Origin: Azolla caroliniana
Taxonomy: Eukaryota; Plantae; Polypodiophyta
Length of the DNA: 64,000 nucleotides
Assembly (NCBI GenBank): GCA_043228905.1
Contig: JBHGNT010000014.1
Coordinates: 8,370,001 to 8,434,000, forward strand
Direction: 5' to 3'
Shown one piece after another: positions 58,401 through 64,000 of this stretch (position 1 is its first letter; each line of letters opens with the position of its first letter). The translations under genes were made by a program, and so were the position numbers. The notes beneath the pieces are model-generated. The model had not been told where the DNA came from, searched no databases, and was given only the letters and a program-made list of their open reading frames with translations.

Positions 58401-61049
58401 TTGCGTGTGAACTGTTTCCTCGGTGCCTTGCGCGGGGAGAGTACGGCAGAGTCTCCACCACTTGCCGTCTCTTCATCCGACTGGTCCAACCGACTCAGTC
58501 GCTCGTTCAGTCCACTCAACCGTAATGATTCCGGACTCTCATCTTGAGTCCCGGCTCCATCATCCTCTGCCAGGGCTGATTCAGGCTCACTGGCCTGATC
58601 TTCCGGCATTGGGTCGGGATCGGAAGTCGGAGTCGGTACGGAGTACCAAGATGCCGATTCATCGAACTCGACATCCCGGCTAACTCGGGCTTCCTTCGTC
58701 CGGGGGTTATAGCACTTATACCCCTTTTGCTCTTGAGCATAGCCGACTAGGATGCATTTTTCCGATTTTGCATCCAGCTTTCTCCGCTTTTGATCCGGCA
58801 CATGCACATACGCTATGCTGCCGAATATCCGAAGGTGTCTTAAGTTCGGCTTGCGCCCGAAATATAGCTCATGAGCTGACACCTTGTCACCAATTCGGTT
58901 TTGTATGTAGACGGCCGTCTGGACCGCCTCCACCCAGTAGAACCGGGGCATGCTCTTTTCCTCCAGCATTGCCCTTGCCGTTTCGACGAGTGTCCGGTTC
59001 TTCCTTTCGGCCACACCGTTTTGCTCCGGTGTGTATCTGCAGCTGAACTGTCGCCGAATTCCCTTCTGCTGCAGATAACTAGTGAATTGGCCGGAAAAAT
59101 ATTCCTTTCCGCCATCCGACCGAAGGCATTTGATCTTCCTCTCTGATTCCCGTTCCACCATCTTCTGGAGGCTCCGGAAACAGTCGAAGACTTCGCTCTT
59201 CCGTTCAATGAGGTAGATCCAAGTATGTCGAGTATGGTCGTCGATGAAGGAGACGAAGTATCGGCTCCCACCAAGGCTTACACTTTGTGCCGGTCCCCAC
59301 ACATCCGAATGGATGAGATCGAGCTTGTTACAGCTCCGGTTCCGTTCGCTGGGGAATGGAAGCCGGTGTTGCTTCCCAAGTTGGCAGGCTTCACAAATTT
59401 CGGCTCTCCGGCCACTGAACTTCGGCAAACCGAAAACGACTTGTTTCGTTTGCAGGTCTTGAAGCCTCCGGTAGTTGACGTGGCCTATCCGCTTGTGCCA
59501 CAGGTCGATGTCCGACTCGACCTTCTCTCATTCCGCGAACAGAGCGGTGCCTAAGTCATTGGTGTTAAGGATAAACATCCTCCCGTCTCTGCGCCCTTGC
59601 ACAATGACTTCGCCCTCATCCTCAATGAAGCACCCGAGGTGCGTAAACCGCACTTGCATCCCCTGGTCGACAATCTGACCGACGGACACCAGGTTCTTCG
59701 TGATTGTCGGAACGTGTAATACGTTCATCAACTTCCCTTTCTGTCCGATGTGGCTTAGAGGGACTTCTCCGACATGCACGATTGGGTGAGGAGTGTCGTC
59801 TCCGGTTTCGACTACTCCTGGTTGATCCGGTTTCTCCAGAAAGGAGAACCACTCTTTGTAGCTCGTCATGTGGTTCGACGCGCCGGAATCAACATACCAC
59901 ACTTCCTCTGTTTTGGAAGTGGTCTTCTTCATTGAGTTTGCCTTGTGATTCATCACCAAGGCTGGCCCCTTACCGGCCTTTCCGGTTCCGGATCCTCCTG
60001 ATCCGTTTGCGTAGTGTGAGTTTTGCCGGCCATCCTTACCGGTCTTGCCGGATCCGGATTTGTCCGAATCGGCACGCTTTCTCCAGCACTCGCTTTCCCT
60101 GTGGCCTTTTTTGCCACAGTACCAGCATTCCGTAGCAGATTTGTCTTGCCAGCCTCCGACACTGCCTTGACTCCCCCTGCTTGTGGAAGTCCCAGAACTG
60201 CTATCGGCACGCTCATAGTGCCTCCGTTCCTGCTCTTGCCGGCCGCCTCTATTGCGTGCCGACCCACCTCTTCCACCACGCCCATGGAGCCGATCCGTTC
60301 CCCTGTACAACATTCGGCTGTCCGGGGATGAACTGGTAGATGCACCGGCGTGGTTCTCCTCTACAAGGAGCATCGACTGTAAGTCGAAGAATGAGGGGGT
60401 ATTCTCCCTTGTACACACCGTAGTCCGGAACGCTCCGAACTTGGACGCTAGGCCTCCGAGACATACCTGCACCATCTCGTCTTCCTCTACGGTAACATTG
60501 ATAGAGGTGAGCGAGTCGCAGATCTCCTTTATCCGGCCCGTGTAGTCTGCCACAGACATGTTCTTTTGTCGAACATTGCTCAACTCCTGTCTGAGTTGCA
60601 GCTTCCGGGTAGTGGTGCTTGCGGCGAAAACCTTTCTCAGGTTCCCCCAAGCATCCTTCGGTGTCTTGGCGTCACGGATGTGGTTGAGCAGCTGATCCCC
60701 GACACTAGACGCGAAGCAGTACATCACCCTGCTTGCCGCCTGTTCCCATACCGGGAAGTCCTTGTGTGCCGAGTCTGGCGCCGCATCATTCGCTCCTTCG
60801 ACATAACTCCAGTACTTGTGTCCAAGCAGGTACAGGTGCATCTTGTAAGACCTGGATGCGTAGTTGCTCTTGTCGAGCTTCTCCACCGGGAGCGACGTAG
60901 CCATGCCTCTATCCATGTCTTCTACTGTGTCTGTTTTCGACCTGTTACGGTTTTCTTCTCACGAGTAAATGTCTGCAGCAGAGGTTCTCAACCCTCGCGC
61001 TCTGATACCATGTAAATGTAAGTGTTTGCGGAAGCGTAAAACAGAGAAC

Positions 61050-61086
<37 letters not shown>

Positions 61087-61427
61087 AGACAGAGAGAGCA
61101 GAACACAATTTCAAAATTATATTAAGACTCTGTACACACACTGTGCTAAGTAGCACTATTTATACAAGTCTTCTTGGGACTGACAGAAGTACCATGTACT
61201 TCAATGCTCACACGAGCATCTGACACTTACTACGAGACTATAGCTATCTAGTAGTCTATCCTGTACTAGGCTTCCGATTGGACTGCTGGTTACGGATTGC
61301 ACCCGGCCTCCACTGCTTGCCGGTTCGGTTGCTCACCATCATACCGAACCGTTTCGCCCGATCCGTCTCGCTTACCGGCTCCGGCTTATTCAGCCGATCC
61401 GGCTCCGGTTGAGCTTGCCGCTCAACA
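55483..61427 (-). mobile_element. Full-length Ty1/Copia LTR retrotransposon inserted in the methyltransferase domain
   Basis: LTRs 61011-61427 and 55483-55879. TSD ATTGG at 55478-55482 and 61428-61432. iMet PBS at 60999-61010 (reverse). PPT at 55880-55891. Confidence 0.96.
55874..60916 (-). pseudogene. Copia gag-PR-INT-RT-RNaseH polyprotein with two premature stops and an in-frame C-terminal extension
   Basis: ORFs 59528..60916, 57827..59428 and 55874..57826 are in one frame. CWYCGKKGHRESEC, YVDSGAS, IHSDVWGP, YVDD, TDVDWAGD. Confidence 0.92.
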
Positions 61428-62778
61428 ATTGGGTCCTAGACTTGTTCTTTGGCACAGGTATAATATATATATTTAATTTCAATCCTGTCGATCAAGTTTA
61501 AGACGTTACTTCTTATATATACTTGTTTGTGTTCATGCGACCATTAGGTACAACGACAACTTGTGCATTGAAGATGTTTAGAAACTGTGTTGCATTGGAG
61601 AAGGACCCTGCTCAAGTTAACTTCATCAAAATGAGGATCACAGGAATCTGGGACTGTCCAGATCAGGATCAAGAAGTCGGAGCAAAACACATCAACGAGA
61701 CAGAGATGTTCCAGATGACTTCTCGAGAACCAATGGAACCAATTGATGAAGAAGGAGGGGAGCTGGTGGACCTGGAAGATGTAGCACAGTTTGACCATAC
61801 ATAAGATTCGGGAGAGCTTGGAGATGACACGAATGAAAATAGTCTAGAACAATCAGCGCCAAAGGAGCCTGCTCTGCCTGATTTGCTTATAGATTGATGT
61901 AGATGGCGTAATGTAAAAATTGAGGATTTTGAGGCATAATGTTCACCATCACTTCATATTATATTTGTATATGAGAACATCTGTAATTGTTTATCGTTTA
62001 ATTAAATTCACCTGTTCATAATTTCCCTTTTTAATCATTATTGGAACCGTAGTTTGTATTTACATATAATTGGTCACCATGCTCTTCTTCAGTTTGAGAT
62101 ATTAACATGATATTGTAATTTCTCATTTCCGTTAGCATGACTGTATATGAGAAGGCGAATGTTTTTGATAATAAGAGGTTTTTAGTTACCTACGGTTCAA
62201 GTCTACTGGTTCCACATAGTATAAATGAATGTCGTACGTAGTTGTTACTCTTACCAATTACATTGTCATGAACTATATGACATTATACAATGAAACTATC
62301 GATATACCCGTCCAACAAGTGGGGTACTACTTTATTCCTAAACCCAAAACCACATATTTATAATTACGGTTTATGTAGTTTTACTCTACAATTTGAATCT
62401 GGATACCAATTTTAGAACTTTATATTGAACCAAGTCTTCAATTGTGCTCCATGATATGCAAATTGACACGAATGTGGACACATATACAATTTAGTAATTG
62501 CTAGGTTTTTTTTGTTCTATATTTAACCATCAAGTCGCAAAAGGGGTACGCATGCATCGTATATTTTCGATATCGGGCTAAAATAGGGTTCTTTTCTACA
62601 TCTGGCCAACTATGCCAAAAGAGAATACGACATATTACCTGTTTCAAATGACCCGGTGTTTTGATGAGAAAAGCACTTTAGCCATTGCTACTAGTAAAGA
62701 AGAGCTTTTATTCATATGTGAGCACACAAGTGTAAACCTTGCAAATGAAGAGTGCTCTTGGGTGATTGTCAACTCGGC

Positions 62779-63025
62779 TCCTTTCTTCTTCTTCTTTCTC
62801 CCTTTGTCGGTTCTTCCCTCACCGACGCAATCAACAGTTTCTTTATCTTTGCCCATTCCGGTGTCTTTGCCCATTCCCCCCCTCAAGTGTGGCACGTCGA
62901 GATGTTGAACACCAAGCATTTTGGTGAAGTGCTGCAACTTGTCCGATCCGAACGGTTTGGTGAAGATGTCGGCAATTTGCCGATCCGTATTGAACATACC
63001 GAAGTTCGACTTCGTTGCTTAGGAC
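62779..63025 (-). mobile_element. Copia RNase H-end fragment of the 55483-61427 family
   Basis: QIADIFTKPFGSDKLQHFTKMLGVQHLDVPHLRG. Confidence 0.8.
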
Positions 63026-64000
63026 TGTCATGATATGGCAAAACTCGAACCCATGACCTTATGGTATATGGGTCGAGCTCTTAACCATCACACCATCTAT
63101 TGTAATTCATAGGATATTATTTTCATTTATGCTTTATTATAAGAAAGTAATGTATATTCCAGATTTCTCTGGAACATTCTAGAAGTTTTAGGATTACTCT
63201 TGAGAACACTATAAAAGAAGGCACTAGGCATTATGTTGAACCAAATTGGTTCAACGCCAGTCTTAAGCCTCTTAGCCACTTTGTACTTATCTTTCACATA
63301 ATATATTAGCTGCTGTCATCATCTTTCTCTCTCTCTCATTCTCGCTATCTCTTTCTCTCTCCTCTTCTCACTTCCTCTCTCGGGAATCTTACGCAGTCCC
63401 GTCCTCTTAGTACTAATAGTACTTCTCTTCTGTAGTACTAATTCTCTCTCAGTTTAGTACTATTCCTGACAGTTTGAACCAATTTTTTCCTTCCTCAAGT
63501 CTACTTGTCATTTTCCCTCCTCCTCCTATCCTTTTTCTATACTATGGCTACTATTAGCGCCCAAGAATATCAATCCGTTTTCTTTGAGCTACAGTGTCTA
63601 AAAGAAAAGTTTGTTGCCCTGGAACAAGAAAACCAATGGTTGATAGGGGATCTGCAACAAATCGTTCTAGAAAAACAACAAATGCAACAACAACATGGGG
63701 AGTTAGCGTTATGGGCACAACAACTCGAAGCAACGTTGCAACAACAAGGATCAAGTCCCCAAGGATTTCATAAAGAGCCCAAGATTGGACTTCATGTGAA
63801 ATTTGAGAGAACGCGATCGCAATTCCGGGGATTCCTTAATCAGGTACGCTTAGTCATCTAGATGCATCCTTCCCGATATCCCATTGATGCATCTCGAGTC
63901 GGCCTAATAGGCACATTACTTAGTGGCTCAGCCTTGGCATGGTTCGCTCCGCTTCTAGAAAAACAATCGCCCTTGCTTAATAACTTTGAAGATTTTATTG
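63026..64000 (+). mobile_element. Chromovirus (Tcn1-like) 5' LTR (63026-63471), self-priming PBS and start of degenerate gag
   Basis: TGTCA...TGACA LTR homologous to 13023-13436. gag motifs KEPKIGL..KF..TRSQFRGFLNQ and GTLLSGSALAWF. Confidence 0.85.

Larger units (their letters stand above)
44520..61804 (+). pseudogene. Spliced ParB/Srx-like domain plus beta-class N6-adenine/N4-cytosine DNA methyltransferase fusion (about 940 aa reconstructed)
   Basis: Exons 44520-44545, 45090-45995+53639-54371, 54454-54592, 54661-55124, 55214-55482+61433-61457 and 61548-61804. Motifs: YYVIGGSHSAEARRQL; VFNGEVSQMLELLPRRHYTLLIADIHNG; HWIK...VEHF; NPYQKPQRLINRLIELFSNPDDWVLDLFFGTGTTTTCALKMFRNCVALEKD. Confidence 0.85.
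41224..62660. mobile_element. Sola-like cut-and-paste DNA transposon with cargo gene (about 7.8 kb without nested insertions)
   Basis: Perfect 33-bp TIRs AACACCGGGTCATTTGAAACAGGTAATATGTCG at 41224-41256 and 62628-62660. 4-bp TSD TTGA at 41220-41223 and 62661-62664. Removing the element restores the host gag frame. Superfamily assigned from the 4-bp TSD and transposase motifs. Confidence 0.9.
39636..62778 (+). mobile_element. Old degenerate Tork-like Copia (5' LTR 39636-40399 plus gag), host of the Sola-like transposon and truncated after the protease start
   Basis: LTR TGTTAGG...CCCAACA and a degenerate iMet PBS. The gag is homologous to ORF 5655 (KMEDLLIVRDL, LMRKIV.LKYRDGES). The reading frame EPKKIF|DEKSTLAIATSKEE rejoins across 41224-62660. 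Confidence 0.85.

Noticed and set aside
44520-61804. Bacterial contamination explaining the MTase
   Set aside because: The gene has GT-AG introns, lies within TIRs, and is interrupted by plant LTR elements with TSDs.

Overview
Plant genomic DNA, probably from a non-seed plant such as a fern (inferred from the TE lineages, GT-AG introns and AG/CA microsatellites). The window is mostly nested transposable elements around one host gene, a four-exon group I bZIP transcription factor on the minus strand (35582->15126) whose 17-kb second intron is filled with TEs. The main discovery is a Sola-like DDE DNA transposon at 41224-62660 (perfect 33-bp TIRs, 4-bp TTGA target duplication, about 7.8 kb once two nested LTR insertions are removed). 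Divergent from its transposase it carries a spliced cargo gene that reassembles into a ParB/Srx-like domain fused to a bacterial-type beta-class N6-adenine/N4-cytosine DNA methyltransferase, with an array of long palindromes in its first intron. This copy is pseudogenised, and the ORF track shows only fragments of it. Other observations: a Trp-primed, pol-less LTR composite whose two outer ends are both U3 ends; tRNA-like Pol III A/B boxes inside the LTRs of two unrelated families; a self-priming chromovirus; and two templated insertions flanked by long target duplications. All alignments were made by eye and no database searches were run.
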